Below are positions 42,018 through 56,560 of a stretch of 64,000 nucleotides of DNA, piece by piece. Source of the DNA: Octopus vulgaris (lineage: Eukaryota). Each line of letters begins with the position of its first letter. Position 1 is the stretch's first letter. The DNA lies in assembly GCA_951406725.2 (NCBI GenBank), contig OX597816.1, forward strand, positions 95,480,001-95,544,000, in the 5' to 3' direction. The translations under genes were made by a program, and so were the position numbers. The notes below the pieces were generated by a model, which was not told the DNA's origin, searched no databases, and saw nothing but the letters and a program-made list of their open reading frames with translations.

Positions 42018-42830
42018 ATGGTAGAACTGTCAGTACGCAAGACAAAGTGCTTAGCAGTTTTTCGTCTGTCTTCACATTCTAATTTTAAATTCCGCCGAGC
42101 TTGGCTTCGCCTTTCGTTCTTGCGGGTTCGATACAATAAATACCAAATTTAGTATTGGGGTCGATGTAATTGACTTATCCCACCTCCCACAAGCTTGTTG
42201 ATCTTGAGTCCAAAATCATGGTTATCTATGGTAGTAAGTTGGTAGAATTTCTCAATCCTCAGGCAAAATGACTTTGCAAGATTTGTTTCGGCATTTTGCT
42301 CATCAGTTCAAAACCCATCAATGTTAATGCTATATTTTACCCCTCCGATGTCGATAAAATAAAGTACTAATCAAGCATTTGCGTTGATGGCTGCGGCAGA
42401 CTCCTTCCCTGAAAATTGTTAAAATGTTGAATAAATTAGAATCCACTATCATTTCTTTTAACTTTTATTTTATCAGTCATTAGACTGCGGCCATGCTGGG
42501 GCACCGTCTTGAAGAGTTTTAGCTGAATGAATCGACTCCAGTATTTCTTTCTTAAGCCCGATACTTATTCTATGGGTCCCATGCTGAATCGCGAACACAC
42601 CAACACCGGTTGTCAAGCGGTGGTGGGGCTACAAACACAAACAAAAAGACACACACGCGCGCACACACATATTTATATACGATGGGTTTCTTTCTGTTTC
42701 CGTTTACCAAATCCCCTCACAATCGGCCAAGACTATAGTGGAAGATACTTTGCCAAGGTGCCATGCCGTAGGACTCAAGCGGGAACTATGTGGTTGGGAA
42801 GCAAGCTTCTAAACCACACAGCCACAGCCT
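42018..42830. mobile_element. SINE cluster: two decayed family B (+) copies and one family A (-, 42453-42830)
   Basis: Recognisable cores (ttcgcctttcgttcttgcgggttcgata; gtcgataaaataaagtac; gactgcggccatgctggggcacc). Confidence 0.8.
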
Positions 42831-45800
42831 TTTGCATATCTATATAGAGTATACATCAGATGAGTTGAAGACCCTAGCGATATTCCTTAATGAAACTTCA
42901 TGCATCAAGGAAATACTTTTAAACAGTAATTCAATTTCAGAGAAACTACAGTTTAGTATATTTTGATACGCTTGGTATCATTGAACAATATAATCATGAC
43001 AAGCCACTCTTACCAGCTGAGAAATTTCAATTATTTAAATTTTGTGTATTTAAATATTTCTAAAACTGTTGTCTCTCATTCGTAAAATGTCATGAACAAT
43101 ATGCTTGAGTTAATAACAATTAAATAATCGACATTTCTTCATCTAGATAAAGATTTTTAATTCCGATAGTATGTTATCAGTCGTCATATAATTGTTTTTT
43201 AATTAATAACAGTTCATGAATATCTAAGACTTAGCAAACATCTTGCTCTTCTACAGCACGTGTACCACTTAATTGTTGCTGCTAATTCTAGCATTGCAGA
43301 AGTTGCGTTTTTCAAAAAATAAAAAAAGCAGCATAAATTTCTGTTTACTCCTCTAATTAAATCATGTTTGTGGAACCATATAATTTTATATTCAATAATG
43401 TTTAATTTAATAAATTAAGAATTATTGCATTTAAAATTACTTTATTGAAACAATTCCAACATATATTGTATTATTCATATAGAATCTGAATACATAGAAA
43501 GTAGCTCTTTTATTTACAGTTTCAAAAAGAATCTCTGCAGAATCTCCATTTATGAGTCTCAGCTTGCATGATTAAATATCAAATTAAAAGCTGTTTTCGA
43601 TATTAGAAAGAATTTTGTTACTTTTACCTCTCCGAGTGTGCCGGTAATCACTAAGCCAATGTTTGACTGTCATAACTACTGAATAAATTCCTTCCAATCG
43701 CGTCATCAACATCTGCCCAAGGTAGTCGTTCGACGTGCGAAACTTTGTAAATCACCCCTACTCTCTTAAAGATGTAGGAAAGAATATTTCTATGCTTGAT
43801 TACGCTATATTTAAATAAGGCAGTATGTTCAAAGCAAGAATAGTTTGCGTTAAAGGTCATCACTTCTGGCGACGAAATATCCTTTCGAAATCCTTTCAAA
43901 ACACACTATTATAATTGTAAGCGCTTTCCTATGATTTCTATGCGTCCACTGAACTGCACAATTCACATTCCAACGGTAACCAAGTATTCTTTTATAATAT
44001 TCCATGAATATTATGTACAATTATTATTCTCTATAGAGTTAAAATTAAGCAATCAACAGTTTGAAGGATATATGTTTACGCTCATAATTGAAAGCATCAT
44101 CTATAAGCTTCAGCAGACAAAACTTTCAATGCTTATCCTATTACCACAACAAATATTTATGTCTACGGTGAAGTTAGATTTTGGTGAGAAATTATCTAAT
44201 TGTTCTAAAGAAGGACGTGAAGTGCAAAACCATCACATTTTCTATTCACAAGGCTCTAGAGATTATCGTCTTGCCTAAAACAACGAATGTTGTGGGAAAT
44301 ATTATTTAGCTCTTACTCCTTACACTTTGAAATTAAAATCAAGTAAGATCATATATGCCTGCGATACTTGTGAAATTTATGAAATAAGAACCATAAAATT
44401 AGCTTTAAGATGCTGGAATATAATCTACTGTAGATATTACTCAACATATTCGTGGTCTTGTTCTAATTTACGAAATAAATTATTTCTTATCTCTAGGCAT
44501 ACTACCAAATTCTCAGAGGCAGGAGTTAATAATTTATTATTAATATAAATTTCTATACTGATTGTTTTCTTTTATACAACATAATCAATCTCTGTAGGCT
44601 ATATTACAACTAAAATTGCAAAAATGCTATAATATATCTGGGAGAAATCCGTTAGAAATGTTTCGGGGATATTGATTAAGTTTCTTGCTAGGTTTAGAGA
44701 TATAGACTAAATGATAAATTTTTTACTTTAGATGTTACTTAGGTAAGTTATATTCTTCGATGGGTGATATTTTACTTCATTTCCGTCAGTAATAACTTGA
44801 AGATGGACATAAATATTACAAAACCTTACTTCTTCAACACTATAGATCTGAAATATAGTTCGTTGTCAGCTAGAAACCATCATGAATTCAGTAAATTTGA
44901 TATCAGATCTTCAACTAAGTGGAAGTAAATATTTCAACCTGCATGCTGTTAGAGTTAGAACATTACAGTATTATTTAAGGAAAATGTCACCAAGTTATTG
45001 AAGAGAAAAACCAAGAGTTTGTTCACTTAAAGCTTCCTTCTAAAATACTACCAATAAAAATAAGGGAAATCGACTTCGGCTGAGCTTTAAACCATACTGT
45101 ATATTCAATTTATGTTTTCTTTTAAAAAAATTACTATATTATAACAAGGAATAATGTTCCATACGTGAAATCAATAGTGGCATGATAGGTTGCAAGATAA
45201 AATACGGGTTGATTAGATATATATATCACACATATATATTCAGTTATACAGGATGATCAAAACGTCTCTCCGCAGTGAATTTTTCCATCATGTTCATGCG
45301 CTACTTAGCTATCACTGCGTGGGCGCCCGAGTGTCGGCGTTTGTCCCTCAGTCCTTAAAATACTTACTGCAGAGAAACTTTTTGAACACTCTGTATTTCC
45401 AATTGTTTCTTTATACACGCCTAACTATTTGTATTTCTTTCTATATCAACTGCATCGATCTCACCAGTATTGATGTGGCTGCGAAGTGCATGTTGAATAA
45501 ATAATTTATCTACCTACCTACCTATCTATCTATCTATCTATCTATACATACATACATACATATTTTATACATACGTATATAAGTATATGTGCGTCTATAT
45601 ATATATACATATATATAAACATACATATATATATAAATATATAAATATATAAATATAAATATATCAAGAATATGAAACCCACTTCAAGAGATATTAACAT
45701 CCATATAAGAATATATATATATACTATTAGCAAAATATTCGGAAGCGAATATTTGTAAAATATTAATATCGCCATTATTATCGGAGGCAATATAAATATT

Positions 45801-45875
45801 TGATAAAAGCGATATTAAAATAGGTGGGTGCAAGCCTAAAATATAGCATTATATAACTAAAGAAGTAAAATTATA

Positions 45876-45973
45876 TTAATCATAAGGACACATTACAATG
45901 TCCATCCGCAAATAATAAGGGTTTCGACTCTTATTTTCTAGCGAGTAGACATTTAATGTGTCCTTATAATTAA
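45876..45973. repeat. ~98-bp imperfect palindrome/hairpin
   Basis: ttaatcataaggacacatta...aataagggt / actcttatt...taatgtgtccttataattaa arms pair along most of their length. Confidence 0.85.
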
Positions 45974-47489
45974 AATATATATATATATGTATATGTATAT
46001 GTATATATATGCAGTGTTTTGGTTAAAATGAAGATAATAGGTTACCAATGCAAAGTTGCAATACAATTTAATAGCTGAAAGGATCATGATAATTCAGTTC
46101 TTAAACTCTGGCGTGATAGATGACAAAGATGTACTATTGCCCAATGTCTTGTAGCTATAGTTCTTACTTCCTTAAAGGTAATGTTACATAAGCATATAAA
46201 TATATAATCAGGGATGAATATACACACATACACAAACACAAACATGCACACGCACGCACACACACGCGTGTGTGCGGGAACACTATATATATCATTGTTT
46301 ATTTTTTAAATCAAGAATATCACTAAAGCAGAATCTGGTAGATTAAAGAAATAACATGAATAGATGTTGTTAACTCATACAATAAACTCTTTTGAAAGAG
46401 AGAACATATTGTTTAAGCATCAGATAGTAAAATGAAAGATCAAATATTCCATTATAAATTTTAAAGAATAAAATAAGTTGTAAAAATGAATTTACTTCGG
46501 AATAAATTTACTTCGTATGCCTTCCTACAGAGAATTAGACAGAAAGGATTGATGAAATTCAATGACTATCCACCCTCAATTGGATTCAAAAGCAGAATAT
46601 GAATCGCAAATTTTAATCCAAATATTTAACGTTTCAATCCTCTACTGATGCAATTTTTGTTCGCTTAGTTTATTTTCATGCAACAGGATCGTGTTTCTTT
46701 ATAAAGGTCTTGCATTTGTATTGATTTCACGAATCCTGAATATCTTGTAGCGTAAGCTATTTAAAAAATATGAAAAAGAAAAAAATTCTTTTATGCGTTT
46801 TATGAAACAAATTATATTATGCATCGCTATATAAATGGAAACCTTGATACATGATTTCATCTTTAACCGTCATAGAAATACGGTTTGCTATTATCTAGGA
46901 TTGAAGCCTCCTACTCAAACCTTCTTCCTGATCTTGCGTTAAAATATATTTTGATTCCATATAATCCTATTGACAATTCTAGCTAGTAAGAAAAATAAAT
47001 ATTTTCACATTTCAAGTTTCGGTGATTTGACATGGTTTTACTTGTTGGTTCTAGAGAAAGTAGTATCCTTGACTTTTGGAGGTCATTCTAGAATGATTGT
47101 TTTGAAGTCATTAGTATTTCCCTTGAACATATAGGAGTCGACACTTGCGAGAAAGACATGAGCAGGGAAAGAATTCCGAATGTAAGAATTTCTACGACAG
47201 AAAAACAGATTGTGGATATCCGTACAGAGTCTACGGTATTGGAAGCGTAAGGATATAACAAAAATCAAAGGTAGAATTTTAACATTTTCAGTACTTTGAA
47301 TATATAATATGTAAGGAAAGTATTTTTACACTGTGTTAGAATTAGTTTTTAATCACCAAATGCAGTAAATTATATTTTTCTTTCTTTCTTCCCCTTTTCT
47401 TTATGTGTTTCTTTCATTCTCTCTTTCTTTACATATTTTCTCCCCATATGCATTTACGTGTGTTCGTATATATATGTTTGTATATAAAG

Positions 47490-47840
<351 letters not shown>

Positions 47841-48855
47841 AATTAGAAAACTTGTGGTTTGTATGTATGTAAGCATGTATACGCGTGCGCACACACACAC
47901 ATATACATGCATTTATATGTGTATGCGTATATCTATATATGTGTGAATGTGAATATATGAATATGCATTTTACTCTATATCTGTTCGACCGATCCTTTTT
48001 TCACTATATTGGTCTCGTTGATATGTATTTCGCTAAGTGCTCCATAGATGGCAAAGAAATGAAATCGTTATTACTTTCTGTCTTAATTCGTTTCATTCCG
48101 TTATCCCCATTGCCTATATCACATTTCTATGATCGATACATGTCAATAAGAAAAATATACGACGATTGGTTCAACCCACTTTCTACAGAAATTTTTTTAT
48201 GCCTTGATGAATGATGTTCATATAATTCCAGTTGACTTTTTCTTATTGCTTGGCTTAGATAAATTCTGATTGACTCGCTATGTGATCGAAGGCGTTTCAG
48301 CCATTGGTACTCTTTTTGTTTCAAAGAGTGTATCGCTTTTTAGTTCAGTTATATTGTACTTCAATTTAGAAAGGTAGTCGGCTGTCATTTGAAGGAAGTT
48401 TGGAAGTCTTTGTAGCGGATCGAGTGGTTATACGCTTGGTTCAATATTTATTTACAGTCAGGTTTATAGATTTTACCGGGATATTTACAAAACCTATATA
48501 AATTCACACATGAGTATGGTTAATTGTATTTATTAGCTACTAAATATAAAAATGGCAATTAGCGTCGTATTCTGTTTTTGTCGATTTGAAACCCTGTACC
48601 GAACATCAGTGTTGCTCCTATCGATTCAAACTCAGATGAGTGAGTTCTTCTTAATGAGTACTTGGCAGTTTTTCGAATCTATTTGCAGATCATTCACTCA
48701 TTCACTAAATATTCCAAGCATTTTGATTTTAACCGACTACCAAAATAAAGTATATTTTAAGAAACAGGGATGAACGTGACAAAAATCACTGAACATTTAA
48801 GCTGTGAAGCTAATTTCCTTTTAATTTACTCTATATCAGTCTGTTCCAAATCAAA

Positions 48856-48890
<35 letters not shown>

Positions 48891-49899
48891 TATATCTCAA
48901 CATTAGATCGAATTCTGTCGCAACGATCTTCAATTACCTGATAATTGAATACTTTAATATAAAAGTTAATCACACTTTTGTTGTTTCACCGTAGATATCT
49001 AGTTTTCTATATAATTTCTTGCATTGGTTCCTGTATTATATTTTATAACTATGATAACAGTAGCACCACTTAATATATGAAGCTCGTGTACATTACATGC
49101 TCAACACAGCCATGCGATTTCCACTCATGCCAATCACTCTCCTTTAATTTCATTGTGTGATGCATTGGATCTACACTGGATGTAAAGGTGTAACAAATAT
49201 TGTTTGACCACAGGCATTTTCGCCGCAATAGCTTATTATTTATTTGAATGCTGCTTTCGGTCGTATTTTCATTGTGTGAAGGTAGAAATACCCAATCATA
49301 TAAATTGATACTGCAACAACATTAGTCATTTGTATATGTCCAGTTTCTTCATAACTTCTGTTCTGGCACACTGAAGCCATGTATTATTCAACGAAGAAAT
49401 ATAGGTTGTTGAAGTTGGAAGTCCATAATTTCCGGTTGCTCAAGATATACATGAAGCAAACACAACTTTTATAGGTATGGGTACTATATTATGTCTCTTA
49501 TTTGTGTGGGAAGTTGAATCGCTCGGAGCGTAGACAAGGTATGTTCTGGTACTGGCGGAGCAATCATTTACTATTAAATTCAATTGTTTACCAAGCTTAC
49601 ACTGCTCATTAATCAAAATATTATGAAACGAAAGTGCTACGATATACCGCGTCTCCTTCCCTATATACATGTTCCTTTCTCTGATATGATTCATTATATT
49701 AATGGATAACCTATTTTCATTTTTTCTGTTCCTACAAATTCACTTAAGGCACAATGTAAACGCTAATAGTAGAGCTACAGAAACACACACACACATATAT
49801 ATATATATACACACATTCAAGCACGAATATGTGTGTGTCACTGTACAACAGAGCACACACACACACACACATAGTATATATACATATATATATATGTGT

Positions 49900-49937
<38 letters not shown>

Positions 49938-51076
49938 CTCTATCTTTCTACATCTATATATATGTATGTATATATAATTATACATGCATATAAGTAAACA
50001 CACACTCACACACAAACACTCACACACACACATATATTATATATCATGAGAGGGAGATAGAGAGAGATACATAGAAAATTAGTAAATTGTCAATTGGAAG
50101 ATCCATTAAAACGTCGGATAAAATACCTTACAGTTCTTGATTCGAACCTTCCTATGCATTCTAAGTTCAAATCAGACACTGTCATCTTCGCCTTTCATTG
50201 TTTCAGAGCCGAAACAAATAGCATCATAGTAAAAGGTGATAGAACTACAAAAGTATTGGAGCGTTCGACGGGAGTCCTTGTGGGATTTTATCCAATTTTT
50301 TTTTGGTTCTGATATCAACTGATACGATACTAGTTATTACATGCTATAATGGTCCTGACATTAGGAAACGGTGAGGCGCTGAAAGGTGTGCCGTGAATAC
50401 ATTAAAAAGTGCTAGTCAAAGCAAAATACTTTTAACCAAGTTTCTGTCTTGCTAATAAAATTCAACAAATTTTCTGACCTTGTATCCAGTTAGAAATCAT
50501 CATTTTTGTGTTTGTGTGTGTAGGGGGATGTTTGAACAATTTTTTTTATTTGCATTTTATTTGCATTTTTAAGCATTTTTAAGTTATCGAATTATCTGAA
50601 TATGTATTATACCGTTTCTATAGATAACTTCAGTATTTGAACATCACATCGTGCTCAAACAAGAGTCTATATTCTTATTACACCAAAATTTACACAAGTA
50701 CAAACACAATATTCATTATTCTTTTTTGATTTAAACTCTCAGATTATCTTACTAGTTATGATGGAAAGTGTCAGCTGACCACAGCCAGCAGACTTAAGGT
50801 GACACCTGTATATTGATCATGCTTCAAGAATCCTGTGGAGGACACTTGCAGTTCCTAGCAATAATGATTTCTGCAGCTGTTCTATCTTTACATATGTACC
50901 AATCTTTTTGAGATTTGCCGGTAGTTGACTGCTGATACTTCCAAGCGCGCCAATTATTACTGGTATCACGACCCCTCCCTTCATTGCCCGCAGCCTTTGT
51001 ATTTCCTACTTCAAATTGTCATAGCTGTTCAGTTTTTCTTTTTCTTTCTCTTCGATTCTGTTGTCACTGCGACATG

Positions 51077-51464
51077 AATGGAAGCACTCCGTCGGTTACG
51101 ACGATGAGGGTTCCGGTTGATCCGAATCAACGGAACAGCCTGCTCGTGAAATTAACGTGTAAGTGGCTGAGCACCCCACAGACACGTGTACTCTTAACGT
51201 AGCTCTCGAGGATATTCAGCGTGACACAGAGAGTGACAAGGCCGGCCCTTTGAAATACAGGTACAACAGAAACAGGAAGTAAGACTGAGAGAAAGTTGTG
51301 GTGAAAGAGTACAGCAGGGATCACCACCATCCCCTGCCGGAGCCTCGTTGAGCTTTAGGTGTTTTCGCTCAATAAACACTCACAACGTCCGGTCTGGGAA
51401 TCGAAACCGCGATCCTATGACCGCGAGTCCGCTGCCCTAACCACTGGGCCATTGCGCCTCCTTT
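51077..51464 (-). mobile_element. SINE family C, full-length, with TSD
   Basis: Closely matches 28114-28480; 11-bp TSD actgcgacatg at 51066-51076 and 51465-51475. Confidence 0.94.
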
Positions 51465-51479
51465 ACTGCGACATGCTAT

Positions 51480-52075
51480 GTCGATTACTGTGCAAGTTTT
51501 TTTTTCTTTTTTATTCACAACAACAATATCTGGTTTCCGATGTCTGATCTGATCTGATGGTCACACTGAATAATTGCATCCCACAGGACTTTGGAATCTT
51601 CATTCTCGGTAACTTCATCTGGGATTTGGTCATATCACTCTTCATAGGTCGTGATTTCCACAGGGCTACCAATAGATCATTCTTGCCACATTGTCATGTC
51701 ATCTTTTATATAATCGCGTTGTGCCAATTTCGGACATTCGCTAACAATGTACTATACCGTTTCACTCCTCTGACCATCCATACTGCATTTTTCGCTCTAG
51801 GTTTTGCTGTCAGTTCTGCACATAGTTAACGGTTGTTCTTGAGTGCTTTTGACTCTATCTTCAGGTCACTCCTTCGCATCCATAACCACTGGTCTTCGGT
51901 ATCTGTCTTGCAAACAATCCATACATTATTTTTCATTCCATGCTATTTCTTTTTTTGAGTTATTTTCCCTGTTAAGCTTTTCTTCCTTTACACAATTATC
52001 AATTGCTAATGGTACCAGACTTCTGCACCTGCTTTAGAAATGACCCCACCTCATCTACACAATGTTGGCAACTGA
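51480..52075 (-). mobile_element. R4/Dong-clade (RLE) LINE fragment
   Basis: ETV*YIVSECPKLAQRDY and ENEDSKVLWDAIIQCD motifs (knuckle-to-RLE region). Confidence 0.8.
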
Positions 52076-52096
52076 TAAAACCTCTCAATACTCCTT

Positions 52097-52305
52097 TCTA
52101 CTGGAGGTACAAGGCGGCAAATTTATTGGGAAGGGACTAGTCGATTACATTGACCCCAGTATTTCACTGGTACTTAATTTATCGCCCCCAGAAGAGTGGA
52201 AGGCAAAGTCAACCTGGGTGGAATTTGAATTCAGAACGTAGTGACAGGCGAAATGCCGCTAAGCATTTCTCCTAGCGTGCTAACGATTCTGCCAAGATGC
52301 CGCTT
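52097..52305 (-). mobile_element. SINE family B
   Basis: Reverse complement of the family B head, core and tail. Confidence 0.88.
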
Positions 52306-52310
52306 TAGTA

Positions 52311-52510
52311 ACAAGAAGAAGAGAAAGAAGAAGAAGAAGAAGAAGAAGAAGAAGAAGAAGAAGAAGAAGAAGAAGAAGACGACGACGAAGAAGAAGAAGA
52401 AGACGACGACGAAGAAGAAGAAGAAGAAGAAGAAGAAGAAGAAGAAGAAGAAGAAGAAGAACAACAACAACAACAACAACAACTACAACAACAACAACTA
52501 CAACAACAAC
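52311..52510. repeat. Compound (AAG)/(ACG)/(AAC) trinucleotide array
   Basis: Direct reading. Confidence 0.97.
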
Positions 52511-53362
52511 ATGAAGAACGATACACGCCGAAATTGTGATGCATCCACTAACAATTAAAAACAAAATAAAGAACAAAGAATAAACAATTGGAAAATGAAA
52601 ATAATGCATAGACAATACCTCAGAGAAATCAAGGGCAAGACAGGACCAGCACCTAGCTATGGCTAATGTTATCTGAAAGGAGGCACTGAGGCACTGATAT
52701 AATTACACCATGTTTGAAATAGATGAGAGCGGTGAATCACCTCTTTGTAGGATGTTTGGCCGCAAAAACGAAACAATCTTAAATAGTGTGATTGAGTGTA
52801 GCAAGCTCTCCAAAAAGCACTACAAAAGGAGGCACGAAAATTTGTTCACTGATGACTGCGTGAAAAATAGAGTCTGGGCAGAACACGGAAATGGTACAAA
52901 CATGAACAGATGAAACCTAGTTGTAGTAGATAAAATTAAAAAAGAAAACAAGATCATAGATATACCTGGGGATATATGCATAGAAGACAAAGAGCTGGAA
53001 AAGATGGGAAAATACAGACGACTATAAGAAGTTGCAAGAATGTGGCAATGAGTAGAGTAACTATTATCCCAGTAGTTGTAGGGGCGCTTGGAGCACTAAC
53101 AACCAGGTTCGAGAAATATGTAGGAGAAAATGGAATTGACCTGAGGGCAGAAAAGACCCAAATAACTGCTCTGCTGGGGACAGCTAGGATGTTGAGATTA
53201 GTGCTAGGGTGTTGAGTGTCTTCAACGATAAGTTAACAATATCAAAGTACTATAAGCTTATAATTTGTGGAAAGAGACCCTGTGGAACCTCTGACAACAG
53301 GTTGCTGTCCTCTCTCACAGAATCAACCACAGCTAGTAAAACCGAGAAACTCTGAGAAGTAA
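52511..53362 (+). mobile_element. R4/Dong-clade LINE 3' fragment (knuckle, RLE endonuclease, 3'UTR)
   Basis: WKMKIMHRQYLRE, LKGGTEALI, SPLCRMFGRKNETI...ECSKLSKKHYKRRHE, EKMGKY, VTIIPVVVGALG, ALLGTARMLRLVL*; followed by (TAC)n. Confidence 0.9.
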
Positions 53363-53478
<116 letters not shown>

Positions 53479-53914
53479 GTAATAAAAAAGTGGAACCAAT
53501 TGAGCATATTATAACAGAGTGCATACTCTTACAAGCGACGTCATAGCAAGCTATGTCTATATTTACATTGGCAATTTTGTAAAAAAAAATGTGTTGCTTT
53601 TCAGAAAAGTAGAACATTCATGCAGCAGAAACTGATATAGCTTATTTGTTGCTTTTGAAGTCAATAAATAACAATTAAAGATCGTAGAGCAAATTTCATT
53701 ACAAATGAAATTAATTAAAAAATAGACGTTGAAATTCACTCGGAAAAATAAAGAGAGAAATATAGTCAAAGAATAACAGATTACGAAAATACGCAGATTT
53801 CAAAGCAGAGATATGAAAAGCATATGTTGCACCAGTTAACATCGAAGCATTAAGTTCAATTTCCACTGAAAACAATTATGACACGAATGTAGAAATTCAC
53901 GCACTCAAAATCTT

Positions 53915-55050
53915 TGTTTGAAACAGCTCATGTTCTTAGAAAGTACTTCTTGTACCTCTTCCATTTATTACTGTCTCTCGCAACATCACCCAGATCTCTC
54001 TGGCTCCGCACGTTCATTCTCTTCTTTATCTAGTCGAACATCTTCATCTTCATTCGCTGCCTTCCTCTCGCTCTCCTTCCCACCAGCTCAGTCTTCACCA
54101 TGTAACGCTCCATTCCGTCGTCCTCTCTAATAAAAAGACCAACAAATCTCCACAGCTTCTTTCTAATAGTATCCGTCAACTGTCTCTTCCCTTTCATCTT
54201 ATTCAACACTTCCACATTCGTCACCCTCTGTACTCACGAGGTTCTAAGCATTGTTCTATAAAACCACATTTCTACAGCTTTTGAGTCTCTTCTCCACGAC
54301 TCTGCTTATCGTCCAAGACTCACGTCCATACATTATCACTGACCAAGTGTAGCACTTCAATAGTCTTTTCTTGACTTCCATTCCAATTCCCTTTGCACAA
54401 AAATATGCTCCTCATATCCATAAAAGTCTGCTTTGCTACTCCAATTCTGAACCCGATGTCCTTATCTGACCTTCCTTCCGATGTTATCCATCTTCCAATG
54501 TATATGAAACTATCCTTCTGCTCTATCCCAGTTCCATTCACCGTCAAGCGACATGCGGGTACCTGTGTTTTCTTGGTACACACCATTGAGAAGGTTTTCT
54601 GGCAGTTAATTGTCAATTCAAGCCTGCCACTCTCCTCAGTCACGATATTAATCCAATCCCTGAAGCTTGCCTTCTGTGTTCGCAAACAAAGCCGTTTCGT
54701 CTGCGTACCTCAGATTGTTATAATTCCTTTCCCTCAGTTGTAGACCTGCAATTGTCTTGATCTTGCTTAGAGCTTTCTCGCTATACAGATTGAATAAATC
54801 AGATGACAAAATACAACCCTGTCGGACGCTTTTCTGAATGTCAATCCAGTTACCCAATTCTCCATGCACTATGATGGCTGCTTTTTGGTCCCAATACAAA
54901 TTTCGAATCATTCTTAGATCTTTCCGATCAATCTCGAGTTCTTCCAACATTCTCACCAATTCTTCATGCTTGACACAGTCAAACGCCTTCACATAATCAA
55001 TAAAACTGATGTACAAGTCTTTTTGTTTCTCTATACACTTCACTAACGTT
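53915..55050 (-). mobile_element. RTE-clade (BovB-like) LINE RT fragment
   Basis: FIDYVKAFDCVKH, VRQGCILSSDLFNLYSE, NNLRYADETAL, FIYIGRWITSEGRS, GRRARGRQR. Confidence 0.93.
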
Positions 55051-56359
55051 CTCAAGCACAGAATTGCATTAATTTGTAAGTGGAACAAGAAAAACATACA
55101 AGCCATTACTAAGTTGCCAAACGGTTTTTGTTGGTCAGAATCATATAAAATTGAAAAATCTCAATATAATCGTAAAAATCTGAAATATTATGACGTTTAA
55201 TGAATACCTGAATAGATGGGAAATCTCGATAAAAAAATATATTTACTTTCAAAATCTACACTGTGATTGCATCGAATTTTAGAAAGAGAATTTTGGTTGC
55301 CCACACCCACGCACGCGCATAGACACACACACACACACACATACACACACACACGTATACACGCATACACATGTATACACACATATACATGTACACTCAC
55401 ACATAATCGAACGATCTATTACTGTGTCAATCAATCTATGCATCTCGATACCGCTCTATATTTCAGAAGCAATCGATTACTGTCTCTATTACCCACTTTG
55501 TTTCATACTAGTCGCTCGCTCTCACTCTCTCTCCAAAACCCACATATATACATACTGTTACATACACACACATATGCACATACACACGCACGCACATATG
55601 TGCAAGCATGCCAAAAATCTGAACGTCAAAAATATAAATTCCCTGGAAAAAATGTAGATATATAGGAATTTTAAAACTATCAATATAGCTAAATATATCT
55701 ATAGTCTTTAAACACAGAATATCATCCACAAATTCAATAGAAAAATTCCTATTCATTTCACTCTTTATATACATATACTTATATATCACATATGTTCTAG
55801 AACTGAAAACGCAAAAAAATTAAAATATGTATACAAAATCTGAATCAGCTGAAATATTAATTGTTCATAAATATAGAATTTAAGTTGAAAATTATATCAA
55901 AAGTTGGGGAGAACAGAACATTTTTAGCTGATGTAGAATACACGATTAAATAGCGTATTTTTTTAATGTTTTATTGCTGACATTAGCTATTGAAACCAAG
56001 TAACCATTACAGGTTCTAGATGCCGTTAATTGGACACCCATAGATTATTATGGCAGTTTAATATTTATATAAAGCTATTTATGTAGTTTAGTGTTATATT
56101 ACTGCTATCCAATTATCGTTTTCATTTTATAGTTAAATACCAAGTTTGTTAGGACGGTGTGGAGTGTTATAATTGTTAGAGAGTCGGTAACATGTCTTGC
56201 AGTACTTCTCTTGGTTATACTCATCGGGCAGGTGCCATTTGGGTCTCGCAAGAAAGAGTCGCAAGGCGGACTGTTCAAACAGAGCCAACCGGCAGGAAAC
56301 CAAGAGGCAGAACAATGAAGGCAAGGATGAAAGGCAAGGTCAAGTTCGGCGAAATGCTA

Positions 56360-56560
56360 AAGGCCTGAAATTTGTGGGGATGGAACTAGTCGATTACATC
56401 GACCCCCACCTCCAGTGTTTCACTGGTGCTTAATTTATCAACCTCGAAAGAATTAAAGGCATAGTCGACTTCGGTAGAATTTGAACTCAGAACATAGAGA
56501 CGGATGAAATGCTGCTACGCATTTTGATCGGCATGCTAACGATTCAGCCAGCTGGCCGTG
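56360..56560 (-). mobile_element. SINE family B
   Basis: Reverse complement of the family B core and head. Confidence 0.85.

Noticed and set aside
42283-42310. Minus-strand ctgatgagcaaaatgccgaaac hammerhead-like string
   Set aside because: Lies in a decayed SINE; helices II and III do not pair properly.
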